Assembly (NCBI GenBank): GCA_963514005.1
Contig: OY740783.1
Coordinates: 20,646,001-20,710,000 of the forward strand
Direction of reading: 5' to 3'
Length of the DNA: 64,000 bases
Source of the DNA: Raja brachyura
Lineage: Eukaryota
Shown here: positions 51,419 to 62,820 of the stretch, piece by piece
Layout: each line of letters starts with the position of its first letter
Position numbering within the stretch: position 1 is the stretch's first letter
The notes under the pieces: generated by a model
Database searches by the model: none
Seen by the model: the letters and a program-made list of their open reading frames with translations, nothing else
What the model was told of the DNA's origin: nothing
Program-made: the position numbers and the translations under genes

Positions 51419-51649
51419 GTAGACAAAAATGCTGGAGAAACTCAGCGGGTGAGGCAGCATCTATGGAGCGAAGGAAATAGGCGATGTTTCAGGTCGAGAC
51501 CCTTCTTCAGACTCTGAAGAAGTCTGAAGAAGGGTTTCAACCCGAAACGTTGCCTAGTTCCTTTGCTCCATAGATGCTGCCTCACCCGCTGAGTTTCTCC
51601 AGCATTTTTGTCTACCTGCGATTTTACCAGCATCTGCAGTTCCTTCTTA
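51419..51649. mobile_element. Penelope-derived fold-back with hammerhead cores on both strands
   Basis: About 90-bp inverted arms; exact 14-bp TSD aacaggataagaac (51405-18 and 51650-63). Confidence 0.85.
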
Positions 51650-51909
51650 AACAGGATAAGAACTTTTTTTTTTCCTGTGAGACAAAAGGACTGTATGTGT
51701 GTTTCTAGACACTGCTAGAAAAATCACCCTGAACATCTCTCCCTCTTTCCTATTACTGCCTAACCAACTGCCCACTATAATCTACCCCAATGTAACAACT
51801 TGACAAACCCCCTACCTGTATCCACCTGTCATTGCCAGGCTCTGTCCTGGTTCTCCTCGCTTCCAGCTTTCTCACCCCCCCAAACCACAATCAATCTGAA
51901 GACGTCTGG

Positions 51910-52210
51910 TGGGCGGCACGGTGGCATTGTGGTAGAGCTGCTGCCTTACTGCGCTTACAGCGCCAGAGACCCGGGTTCGATCCCGACTATGGGTGCTGTC
52001 TGTACGGGGTTTGTACGTTCTTCCCATGACCACGTAGGTTTTCTTCGAGATCTTCGGTTTTCTCCCACACTCCAAAGACGTACAGGTTTGTAGGTTAATT
52101 GGCTTGTGGTTGTATACTTGGTATTAGTGTAGATTGCCCCTCGTGTCAATGTGTGGTCGTTGCGGTCTCGGTGGGCCGAATGGCCTGTCTCCGTGCTGTA
52201 GCTCTAAAAA
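51910..52210 (+). mobile_element. HE1-like V-SINE
   Basis: gggcggcacggtggc head, ccgggttcgatcccg B-box, V-domain. Confidence 0.87.
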
Positions 52211-53584
52211 AGAGTCCAAAACATCACCTATCCATGTTCTGCAGAGATGCTGCTGGACCCGCTGACCTACTCCAACATTTTCTGTCTTTTGTTGTAAACC
52301 AGCATATGCAATTTCTTGTTTCTACATACTAACCTGACATCACATTGATTATGGAACCCTGTTACACATCAGAGAGGCCGTGCTGCCCATTGGATTCCAG
52401 AAGTGTATTAAAAACTCAAATCTTCAGGGAATGAAGATGTGAAGATTTTGACAGTTCCCTATCTACACCAACCCCTGCCCCATACGTGTTTACCTCAACT
52501 TAAGATGCTGAATTTAAGGTGCATTCTAGAAATTATCTACAATTGATAACCCCCCCCCCCTCCCTTCCGAGAATATTATAAGTAAGTACGTTTATTGGCC
52601 AAGTATTCACATACAAGGAATTTGCCTTGGTGCTCCGGCCACAAGTAACAACATGACATACAGTGACAGTTACAAATGTTATTTATACAGTTACAGTTAC
52701 GACAGTTATTTATATTACATAAATAGCATAAATAATTATTTATATTACATAAATAACACAGAGTACATGAATAAAAATGTGCATTACAATGGTTCAGTGC
52801 AATTTCAAACTTAATCCATCACATTTTCACCTCTTGAGGCAAAATGGAAACACTTGAAGGAAAATAAGCAGAATCCATTATTTTCCTGGCTGAACAGCGA
52901 GTCAGGTGAGAGGCTCACCAGCAAGACATTGCTGATTTCATCAAGTTTAACGTTAGCAGAACTCATTGAGTTTTCTTTCCATTTGCGATTGGTCCTGTTG
53001 AGACAAGACACGTAAGCTGCTGGAATCTGGAGTAAAAAACAAACTGCTGGAGGAATTCAGGAGGTCAAGCTGCATCTGTGGGGGGGGGAAGGGAATTAAT
53101 TGTCAGTGTTTCAACTCGAGATCCTGCATCGGGACTGAGAGTGGAGAGGGAAGAGACCTGGTGTAAAACGGAGAGGGGGAAAGGGTGAGACAGGGACCAA
53201 TAGGTGGACCAAGGAGACGTGCGGGATGATGCGCACACGGAGACAGGTAAGGGAGGGGGAAGGGTGGAGTTGGGAAAAAGAGGCAGGTGGGTGATAGGTG
53301 AATGCAGACAAGGAGAAAATGGCGGACGGAGTCAAGTGCGGGAGAGAAGGGTGAAGCTGGGCATGGCTGCTGGAAGTGGAAACGTGGGCACACAAAGGCT
53401 GCAGATGCAGGAATCTGATAAAGGTGATAGTGGGAATCATCAAGGGAGACATGAAGAGCAGATAGGAGAAGAGGATCCGGTGGGTGATTTGTGTCGATGG
53501 AACCAGAAGGTAGAAGGGGATGAAAATTGATGACAGTGGCCTTGTTAATACTTTTACCTTATGTTTGCTCCACAAACACACTTT

Positions 53585-54172
53585 TATTTAGTTTAGTTCA
53601 GTACAGTTTAGCGATACAGCATGAAAACAATAGACAATAGACAATAGGTGCAGGAGTAGGCCATTCGGCCCTTCGAGCCAGCACCGCCATTCACTGTGAT
53701 CATGGCTGATCATCCCCAATCAGTACCCCGTTCCTGCCTTCTCCCCATATCCCTTGACTCCACTATCTTTAAGAGCTCTATCTAACTCTCTCTTGAAACC
53801 ATCCAGAGAATTGACCTCCCCAGCCTTTTGAGGCAGAGAATTCCACAGATTCACAACTCTCTGTGTGAAAAAGTTTTTCCTCTTCTCCATTCTAAATGGC
53901 CTACCCCTTATTCGTAAACAGGCCCTTCGGCCCACCGAGTCCGCACTGATCAGCGATCCCCGCACACTAAAACTATCCTACACACTAGGAAAAATTTACA
54001 ATCTTTGCCAAAGCTAATTAACCTACAAACCTGTATGTCTTTGGAATGTGGGAAAAAACTGGAGCAGGTCAGGGGCTGAGAACATACAAACTCCGTAAAG
54101 ACAGCACCCTTAGTCAGGATCGAACCTGGGCCTCTGGTACTGTAATGTACCACCGTGCTGTGCCACCGTGCC
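53585..54172 (-). mobile_element. HE1-like V-SINE with a CR1 3' fragment (about 53630-53915) inserted in its tail
   Basis: SINE tail gaaaaca|...|aaacaggcccttcggccc interrupted by a (caataga)n-tailed CR1 piece. Confidence 0.8.
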
Positions 54173-54614
54173 ATTTATCTACTGTTTTAGAAGATCTTTC
54201 CCTATATTAAAGTGCTGCATAAATGCACGTTGATATTCATGTTCAATAATATTAAAGGCTTCTAAAGTATTTTAGCAGAGTGTCTATCAACACCTCTTTT
54301 CCACTGGTGGAATGTAATAGTGTTACATGCTTAATTCCTTCACCTGCTAGTCTGGAGAGTGGCCGTTCGTTGGGCAGTTTATGGAGCATGCTTCTTGTGT
54401 CACTCAGAGACACACAATTGATCCAGACATTCAACTCCATCACTGAGATAGAAATTGAAACAAAATCACTAAAAGCATCTTCTCATGCATTTTATTTCCT
54501 GTAAAACTATTGAAGATTAGATTATTTTAACTTATTTTCTCCTCTCCTGGGTTGTTTGCATTGAATGGAAAATATCATTGTGGTTCTAATGGTTTGGAGT
54601 TTGTATTATTGCAG

Positions 54615-54697
54615 TGTATAGACAACATACGGTGCAATGGGCTCATGACCAATGTCTTTGAGGAATATTCAAAAGTGACTGTGCCTCATATGATAAG
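54615..54697 (+). CDS. RASGRF2: RASGRF2 coding exon (probably exon 13)
   Basis: ttgcag|TGT acceptor, AG|gtgagt donor, 83 nt. [27 protein letters not shown](R). Confidence 0.96.
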
Positions 54698-55119
54698 GTG
54701 AGTGATTTGCTGGGGTGATTTCTACAAAAATTGACCCAATGGGGTAGGGGGCTTATAGAGTCACAAAGTGATACAGTATGGAAACAGGCCCTTCGGCCCA
54801 ACTAGCCCACACCGGCCAACAAGTTTCTTTGCTGGAAATGCCAAACAATACAGCTATTGATTTACTTTCATCCTCCATTCATTCACAAAGTTCACTTGAA
54901 AAATAGGGTGCAAAAACAAAGCTGCCAAGCTGCTCAAACCTCGCAACAAAGAATCTTGCCCATTGTGCTGTTGGTGCACCTTAACTTTAAGGATCCCTTA
55001 AAATGTGCCATCCCCCCATGACCGATGGGCACCATTAGTGAAACGAGGTTTTCAATTTTCAAAATTATTTAATCATTAGTATTTAAATTACCAGCTGCTG
55101 TGGTAGGATTCACCCTTAT

Positions 55120-55495
55120 AGTCATAGGGTGAAACAGTGTGGAAACAGGCCCTGCTGCCCAACTTGCTCACACCAGCCAACAATGTCCCATCTACACTAG
55201 TCCTACCTGCCTGCGTTTGGTCCATATCCCTCTAAACCTGTCTTATCCATGTACCTACTGTATCTAATTGCTTCTTAAACATTGCGATAGTCCTAGCCTC
55301 AACTACCTCCTCCGGCAGCTCGTTCCATACACCCGCCACCCTTGTGTGAAAAAGTTACCCGTCAGATTCCGATACAATCTTTCCCCCTTCACCTAAAACC
55401 TATGCCCTTCTGGTTCTCAAATCACCTACTCTGGGCAAGAAACTCTGTGCATCTACCTGATCTATTCCTCTCATGATTTTATACACGTTACATGA
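55120..55495 (-). mobile_element. CR1/HER1-like 3' fragment
   Basis: Same sequence family as 1-270 and 5405-5745. Confidence 0.83.
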
Positions 55496-55812
55496 TTTTA
55501 TGTTTTCAACTTAATGGCCTGTACCTCTGGACGTTGTCTCGCGATGGAACCACTGAGCTTCCGCATCCTCTCTTCTGCTTTGACTGTCATCTCTTCAATG
55601 AGGTCCCTTGCAACAAATCCCCCACCGCGCCCCCCCCCCCACCCCACTCCTACCCATATCAAAAGAATGCATTCACACTTGCACCACCGTCGCCTTGCAG
55701 ACCAAGTTTTAGAAGCCTCTTTGAATTGCACTGGTGAGCTCCATTGCCTTGCCCCACTCCAATGTTGCCAGTCACACTGTACGTGCATTGCACATGTTGC
55801 CTGAGATGGCAG

Positions 55813-55906
55813 GGGGGTTACACAAAAAGCTGGAGAAACTCAGCGGGTGCAGCAGCATCTAAAGAGCGAAGGAGATAGGCGACGTTTCGGGTCGAGACCC
55901 TTCTTC
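55813..55906 (-). mobile_element. Penelope mini-element with intact hammerhead core
   Basis: TSD agatggcag (55804-12 and 55907-15); near identical to 49402-49497 and 10363-10458. Confidence 0.82.
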
Positions 55907-56165
55907 AGATGGCAGCTGCTTCCTACCTGCCACCACACATCAGACCCACACAGTGAGGGCAAATCAACATGTTGCATTGTGGCTGAAATGTTCCATGAAA
56001 ACTAGGAAATGAATACCAATGCTGCTACACATTCTGACCTCATGGCAGGTAGTTAAGCAGGCAGCGGGAAGGCATAATTAAAAGCATTATTTACCGGCTC
56101 ATTTAATCATTGGTCAATCAAGCCTGCAGACAATAGCTTTCTTTCATTATTATACCCAATGACAC

Positions 56166-56467
56166 GGGCGGCACAGTGGCACAGCGGTGGAGTTGCTGCC
56201 TTACAGCGCTGGAGACCCGGGTTCGATCCTGACTATGGGTGCTGTCTGTACAGAGTTTGTATGTTCTCCCCGTGACCGCGTGGGTTTTCTCCCGAGTTTC
56301 CTCCCACACTCCAAAGACGTACAGGTTTGTAGATGAATTGGCTTGGTATCATTGTACGTTGTCCACAGTGTGTGTAGGATAGTGTTAGTGTACGGGGATC
56401 ATTGGGCAGCGCGGACACGTTGGGCCAAAGGGCCTGTTTCCGCGCTGTATCTCTGAACTAAACTAAA
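56166..56467 (+). mobile_element. HE1-like V-SINE
   Basis: gggcggcacagtggcacagcgg head, B-box, V-domain, (aaact)n tail. Confidence 0.88.
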
Positions 56468-56479
56468 GGGAAACATTTG

Positions 56480-56708
56480 TGTTGGAAGGAACTGCCGATG
56501 GTGGTTTCCACCGAAGATGGACGCAAAATGTTGGAGTAACTCAGCGGGACCGGCAGCATGTGTGGAGAGAATGAATGGGTGATGTTTCCAGTCGAGACCC
56601 TTCTTCAGGCTCCTGTCTGAAGAAGGGTCTTGACCCAAAACGTCATCCATTCCTTCTCTCCAGAGATGCTGCCTGTCCCGCTGAGTTACTCCAGCATTTT
56701 GTGTCTAT
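56480..56708. mobile_element. Penelope-derived fold-back, about 70 bp upstream of the REM exon
   Basis: gacccttcttcag / ctgaagaagggtc inverted pair with flanking arms. Confidence 0.78.
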
Positions 56709-56777
56709 CTGAACTAAACATGTTGCTGAAGTGCCAAAGGGGTTTGTTGATTGATGAAGAGTCGTTATCTTCCTCAG

Positions 56778-57026
56778 ATCAGACATTCGACTTCACAGTG
56801 ATGATGCTGACATCTGCTTCAGTAAGACACTGAACTCCTGCAAAGTGCCTCAGATCCGCTACGCCAGTGTGGAGAGGCTGCTGGAGCGACTGACCGACCT
56901 GCGCTTTCTCAGCATCGACTTCCTCAACACCTTTCTCCACACCTACCGAATATTCAGCAGTGCCCTTGTGGTCCTGGAGAAACTGGCAGACATCTACAGG
57001 AAACCTTTCACCTCCATCCCTGTCAG
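56778..57026 (+). CDS. RASGRF2: RASGRF2 coding exon (probably exon 14), REM/RasGEF_N domain
   Basis: cctcag|A acceptor, GTCAG|gtaggg donor, 249 nt. [82 protein letters not shown](R). Confidence 0.97.
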
Positions 57027-57286
57027 GTAGGGCTGAGGAACAAGCATTGGATTTTGTGGTAATTTATAGATTCTTAGCCTGGTTCAGCTTCAAGAATTCA
57101 GTGTTTTTGATGGTGGGGGAATTCAGTGGTGGTGGTGCTGTTAAAAGGTCGGGCCATGTTGATAAAGTTTTCTCTTATTCGAGATAGTGATCGCTTGGCA
57201 TTTACATGCTCATAGCCATTGAATCAAATGTTTAAGAAAGAACTGCTGATGCTGGAAAAATCGAAGGAGTGCAAAGCTGCTGGACA

Positions 57287-58058
57287 AATCAAAATAGGAC
57301 GTACATGGTAAACGGTAGGGAATTGAGGAATGCTGTGGAACAGAGGGATCTAGGAATAACTGTGCATAGTTCCCTGAAGGTGGAATCACATGTAGATAGG
57401 GTGGTAAAGAAAGCTTTTGGTGTGCTGGCCTTTATAAATCAGAGCATTGTATATAGGAGTAGGGAAGTAATGTTAAAATTGTACAAGGCATTGGTGAGAC
57501 CAATTCTGGAGTATGGTGTACAATTTTGGTCGCCTAATTATAGGAAGGATGTCAACAAAATAGAGAGAGTACAGAGAAGATTTAATAGAATGTTGCCTGG
57601 GTTCCAGCAACTAAGTTACAGAGAAGGGTTGAACAAGTTAGGTCTTTATTCTTTGGAGTGCAGAAGGTTAAGGGGGGACTTGATTGAGGTCTTTAAAATG
57701 ATGAAAGGGATAGACAGAGTTGACGTGGATAAGCTTTTCCCATTGAGGGTAGGGTAGATTCAAACAAGAGGGCATGACATGAGAATTAAGGGACAGAAGT
57801 TTAGGGGTAACATGAGGGGGAACTTCTTTACTCAGAGAGTGGTGGCTGTGTGGAATGATCTTCCAGCAGAAGTGGTGGAGGCAGGATCGATTTTAACATT
57901 TAAAAGTAAAGTGGATAGGTATATGGACGGGAAGGGAATGGAGGGGTATGGTCTGAGTGCAGGTAGATGGGACTAGGGGAAAATAAATGGTCGGCATGGA
58001 CTGGAAGGGCCGAGGGCCTGTTTCCGTGCTGTAATTGTTATATGGTTATATGGTTATA
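57287..58058 (+). mobile_element. CR1-type LINE 3' fragment inserted in a Penelope fold-back
   Basis: ORF EQRDLGITVHSSLKV...LYKALVRPILEYGVQFWSP; (tatggtta)n tail; Penelope sequence on both sides. Confidence 0.88.
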
Positions 58059-58210
58059 ACTCAGCGGGTGTGGAAGCATCATGGAGAGAAGGAATAGGCA
58101 ACGTTTAGGGTGGAAGGTCTCGACCCGAAACGTGACCTATTCCTTCTCTCGATAGATGCTGCCTCACCCACTGAGTTCCTTCAACATTTTTGTCTATCTG
58201 CCAAAGAGCC

Positions 58211-58522
58211 ATACTTACTTACTTACTGCCTATTATGCCTCCTGGCATGTAGGGCAGCAACGAAGGTCCGCCACTCAGTAGTGATGACTCCTTCAGTTGC
58301 TGTTTCCATAACATATTTGTTTTACTAGACAGGGTTGTTAGCCCTGTGCTCAACCTCCAACCTGGAGGACCAGTGGATCGCTCTTCGTCTCACAGCTACC
58401 CTTCGACCTGTCCAGCATGGGAGACCCTAACAGCAGACGAATCTCCCGCTGGCATAGCTCTAGGAGGTCACTGAGACACACAAACTCCCCGACCACGACA
58501 AGGTTGCAATCCAACAGGGAGC
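58211..58522 (-). mobile_element. Bipartite non-autonomous RTE-like element (5' UTR joined to 3' end) with HDV-like fold
   Basis: Minus strand starts GCTCCCTGTTGGATTGCAACCTTGTCGTGGTCGGGGAG (RTE-like 5' UTR) and ends with WRTFVAALHARRHNRQ* followed by a (TAAG)n tail. Confidence 0.7.
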
Positions 58523-58589
58523 ATAGAGTTATAGATTCACCAAATCCACACCGTTCAACGATCACCCGTACATTAGTTCCATCATACAT

Positions 58590-60125
58590 TGTGGAAACAG
58601 ACCCTTCGGCCCAACTTGCTCACACCGATTAAAATGTCCCATCTACACGTCATGACTAAAATGTCCCACCTGCCTGCGTTTCATCCATTTCCCTCCAAAC
58701 CTGTCCTATCCATGCAACTAATTGTGTCCTAAACATTGCAATAATCCCTGCCTCAACTACCTCCTCTGGCAGTTCATTCCAAACATCCACCACCCTTTGT
58801 GTGAAAAAGTTACCCCTCAAATTCCTATTACATTTTTCCCCACTTCATCTTAAACCCATGTACTCTGGTTTTCGATTCCCCTACCCTAGGCAAAAGATTG
58901 ATATATTTACCTGATACATTCCTCTCCTGATTTTGTATACCTCTATAAAAACACCCCTTATCCTCCTGCATTTCAAGGAATAAAGTCCTAGCTTGCTCAA
59001 CCTTTCCCTGTAGCTGAGGCAACATCCTCGTAAATCTTCTCTGCACTTTTTCCAGCTTGCCAACATATTTCCTATAACATGTTGTCAAGAACCGAACACA
59101 ATGCTGTAAATGTGGCCTCATCGGCGTTGTATATAACTGCAGCATCGCCTCCCTACATCTATACTCAATACTCAATGCTGAAAGTGTTGCTGGCTTGAGT
59201 CTGGAAGGAAGGAGTCAGCCCTCAACGAACTAAGGTAGTTTGAGCCAAAGTCATTGCTCGGAAGGTAATCTTGCCCCATGGATTGAATATTCTCTGCTGC
59301 AATATTACTGGCGGCGATTGGATTCAGGAATGCACGATCTCAGAAAATGTGCGAAAGCAATGATTTACTCTCCTTGTGAGTGTTCATGTAACATTTATGG
59401 ATGGTTTTTACCAACCTGTTGAAACAGGGTGAAACATTTGTTTTTTGGTTTAAAGTCTTGTCCAACAGCACTTTTATCCTGTTCTATAAGGGTTCTGACC
59501 TGAAACGTTACCCATTCCTTTTCTCCAGAGATGCAGCATAACCCGCTGAGTTACTCCAGTACTTTGTATCTACCTTCGGTATAAACCAGCATCTGCAGTT
59601 AGAAACATAGAAACATAGAAAATAGGTGCGGGAGTAGGCCATTCGGCCCTTCGAGCCTGAATCACCATCCCATATGATCATGGCTGATCATCCAACTCAG
59701 TATCCTGTACCTGCCTTCTCTCCATACCCCCTGATCCCTTTAGCCACAAGGACCACATCTAACTCCCTCTTAAATATAGCCAACGAACTGGTCTCAACTA
59801 CTTTCTGTGGCAGAGACTTCCACAGATTCACCACTCTCTGTGTGAAAAATTATTTTCTCATCTCGGTCCTAAAAGACTTCCCCCTTATCCTTAAACTGTG
59901 ACCCCTGTGACTTCCCCAACATCGGGAACAATCTTCCTGCATCTAGCCTGTCCAACCCCTTAAGAATTTTGTAAGTCTCTATGAGATCCCCCCTCAATCT
60001 TCTAAATTCCAGCGAGTGCAAGCCGAGTCTATCCAATCTTTCTTCACGTGGAAGTCCTGCCATCGCAGGAATCAGTCTGGTGAACCTTCTCTGTACTCCC
60101 TCTATGGCAGGAATGACCTTCCTCA
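58590..60125 (-). mobile_element. CR1-type 3' fragments (58590-59175 and 59600-60125)
   Basis: Minus ORFs SIEYRCREAMLQLY... and IEGVQRRFTRLIPAMAGL...LRGDLIETYKILKG. Confidence 0.85.
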
Positions 60126-60459
60126 GTTCCTTCCTTAGCATTTCTATACATTTTAGCAATTGTTAAAGAAAACCTACTTGAAGTTCCAATTTAAAAGAGA
60201 GCTGTCGCATTGTTTAATCCACTGCTCATCACTCCGCTGAATCAGAGCAAACATACTTTATGTAGTGGAAAGGCAATAGCCAGTGGCTAGCAGATCAGGC
60301 AGCACCATTGTCAGATTGGGCACATGCCGTGGAGGCAGGGGTATTGGGTCCTCAAGCTCAACAATGCACTCACTGCCCTGGCATTCGGGCTCAGACTGAT
60401 CATGTCCATTGATGGAGACCATCAGCACTATTAAAAAAGTACTTATAGATCAAGTGTGA

Positions 60460-61636
60460 AGATTCAAGAGAGTTTTATTGTCCTCTGTCCCAGATAGGAC
60501 AGTTAAATTCCCGCTTGTTGCAGCACAACAGAATATGTAAACGTAATACAGAACAGGAGATAAAAGTTCAGTGTGTCTATAGACCATAGACCATATATAT
60601 ATACACAATTAATAAACAGATAAAGTGAAATAGTAATAATAGACTGTTATTGTTCAGAGCTTATTTGATGTTGTGTTTAATAGCCTGATGGCTGCGGGGA
60701 AGAAAATGTTCCTGAACCTGGACGTTCCAGATTTCAAGCTCCTGTACATTCTTCCCGATGGCAACAGAGAGATGAGTGTGTGACCAGGATGGTGTGGGTC
60801 TTTGATGATGTTGGCTGCCTTTTTGAGGCAGCGACTGCGATAGATCCCTTCGATGGTGGGGAGGTCAGAGCCGATGATGAACTGGGCAGTGGTCACAACT
60901 TTCTGCATTTTTTTCCGCTCCTGGACGTTCAAGTTGCCAAACCAGGCCACAATGCAGCCAGTCAGTATGCTCTCTACTATGCACCTTCGAGAGAGTCCTC
61001 CTTGACATATCGACTCTCTGTAATCTTCTCGGGAAGTAGAGGCGCTGATGTGCCTTCTTTATAATTGCATCAGTGTGCTGGGACCAGGATAGATCTTCGG
61101 AAATATGCGTTCCCAGGAATTTGAAGCTTATGACCCTTTCCACCATCGTCCTGTTGATGTAAACGGGATTGTGGGTCCCTATCCTACCCCTGCCAAAGTC
61201 CACAATCAGTTCCTTGGTTTTGCTGGTGTTGAGAGCCAGGTTGTTGAGCTGGCACCATTTGGTCAATCGGTCGATCTCACTTCTATACTCTGACTCATCA
61301 CCATCAGTGATTCATCCCACAACAGTGGTGTCGTCGCCGAACTTGATGATAGAGATCGCACTATGTCCGGCTACACAGTCATGAGTATAGAGTGAGTACA
61401 GCAGGGGGCTAAGCACTCAGCCTTGAGGTGCTCCCGTGCTGATTGTTATCGAGGCTGACACAATTCCATCAATACAGACAGACTGTGGTCTGTGGATGAG
61501 GAAGTCGAGGATCCAATTGCAGAGGGATGCGCAGAGACCCAGATCCGTGAGCTTGGTAACCAGTTTGGAGGGGATGATGGCATTAAACGCCGAGCTGTTG
61601 TCTATGAACAACAGCCTGACATAAGAGTTTTTGTTG
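60460..61636 (-). mobile_element. Rex1/Babar-like LINE RT and 3' end
   Basis: Minus ORFs [20 protein letters not shown]...STGAPQG, WCQLNNLALNTSKTKELIVDF, LLPSGRMYRSLKSGTSRFRNIFFPAAIRLLN. Confidence 0.9.
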
Positions 61637-61851
61637 TTGGTTTACACCGGATAGACACAAAAATACTGGAGTAACTCAGCGGGACGGGCAGCATCTCTGG
61701 AGAGAAGTAATGGGTGACGAATGGGTGTACAGCTTACAGCACCCGGAGTCGGGATCGATCCCGGGTCACCGACGCAGCAAGCGCTGTAAGTCTGCAACCG
61801 CCGTGCTGCCCTTTAATGACCAAATTCATTCTGTTCTCTTTTTATTCACAG

Positions 61852-62234
61852 ATCACTGGAACTGTTTTTTGCGTCTAATCAAGCCAATCGATCTGAGCAC
61901 ACAAACGACGGCAAATCCCCAAGACTGTCTCGGAAATTTTCATCGCCTCCTCCGCTGTCGCTCTCTCGGACGTCCTCTCCCGTCCGAACCCGGAAACTGT
62001 CGCTCAGCTCGCCCGTGAATTCCCGAACGGGAGCTCTTGACCTTTCTACGTCGTCCACATCCGGTACAACCTTTGCTCACGGCCCAACTATCTCTCCACC
62101 TCCCGTAGCTAGCAAAGTACCACTCGATCTGAGCAAAGGTCCCTCATCGCCAGAGTTTCCCCTGCAAACGGAAGAAAATTCAGAGCATCCCCGCATTGAT
62201 ATATGTAGCAAGTTAAGAAGAAGCATCAGGAGAG
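61852..62234 (+). CDS. RASGRF2: RASGRF2 coding exon (probably exon 15), Ser/Pro-rich region
   Basis: tcacag|A acceptor, AGAG|gtatag donor, 383 nt. [64 protein letters not shown]...[15 protein letters not shown]. Confidence 0.94.
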
Positions 62235-62591
62235 GTATAGAACATGCAAACTTAATTATTATTATCAGAATGTATTCCATAATTGTTTGCCTGCTTTATC
62301 TCCTAATATTGTCTATGCCATATCATTTGAACTACCTACTGATTATTGATTTTGGATGATCAGCCATGATCATATTGAATGGCGGTGCTGGCTCGAAGAG
62401 CTGAATGGCCTACTCCTGCACCTACTTTCTATGTTTCCATGATAGAGATTCTTCAAGCACAAAACAGGAAAGATACTTTTCATTGATTTTGTCACTGCCT
62501 TAAACATTTTGTGAAAGGGCAACGAATGGAGTAAGTTGATAATATTTTTTTGAAATATCTGTTTTACTATTAATCCCATAACTTATATTTG

Positions 62592-62820
62592 GAGTGTAGG
62601 AAGGAACTGCAGATGCTGGTTTACACCAAAGATAAACACAAAATGCTGGACTAGCTCAGCGTCTGTGGAGAAAAGGAATAGGTGACGTTTCGGGTCGAGA
62701 CCCTTCTTCAGACTGAGAGTCAGGGGAGAGGGAAGCTAGAGATATGAAATGGGTCAGAACAAATCAGAGCCGGCACCAATGACCGAGCTAAGATGGAGCC
62801 CACAATGGTCCATTGGTGTC
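62592..62820 (-). mobile_element. Penelope-like 3' fragment with intact hammerhead core (about 62681-62713)
   Basis: ggtgacgtttcgggtcgagacccttcttcagact. Confidence 0.78.

Noticed and set aside
56772-56783. Alternative tandem acceptor cag|atcag
   Set aside because: The second AG is 5 nt downstream and would shift the frame; only the first preserves homology.
1509-62234. Assignment as RASGRF1
   Set aside because: Diagnostic segments ([42 protein letters not shown]) match RASGRF2.
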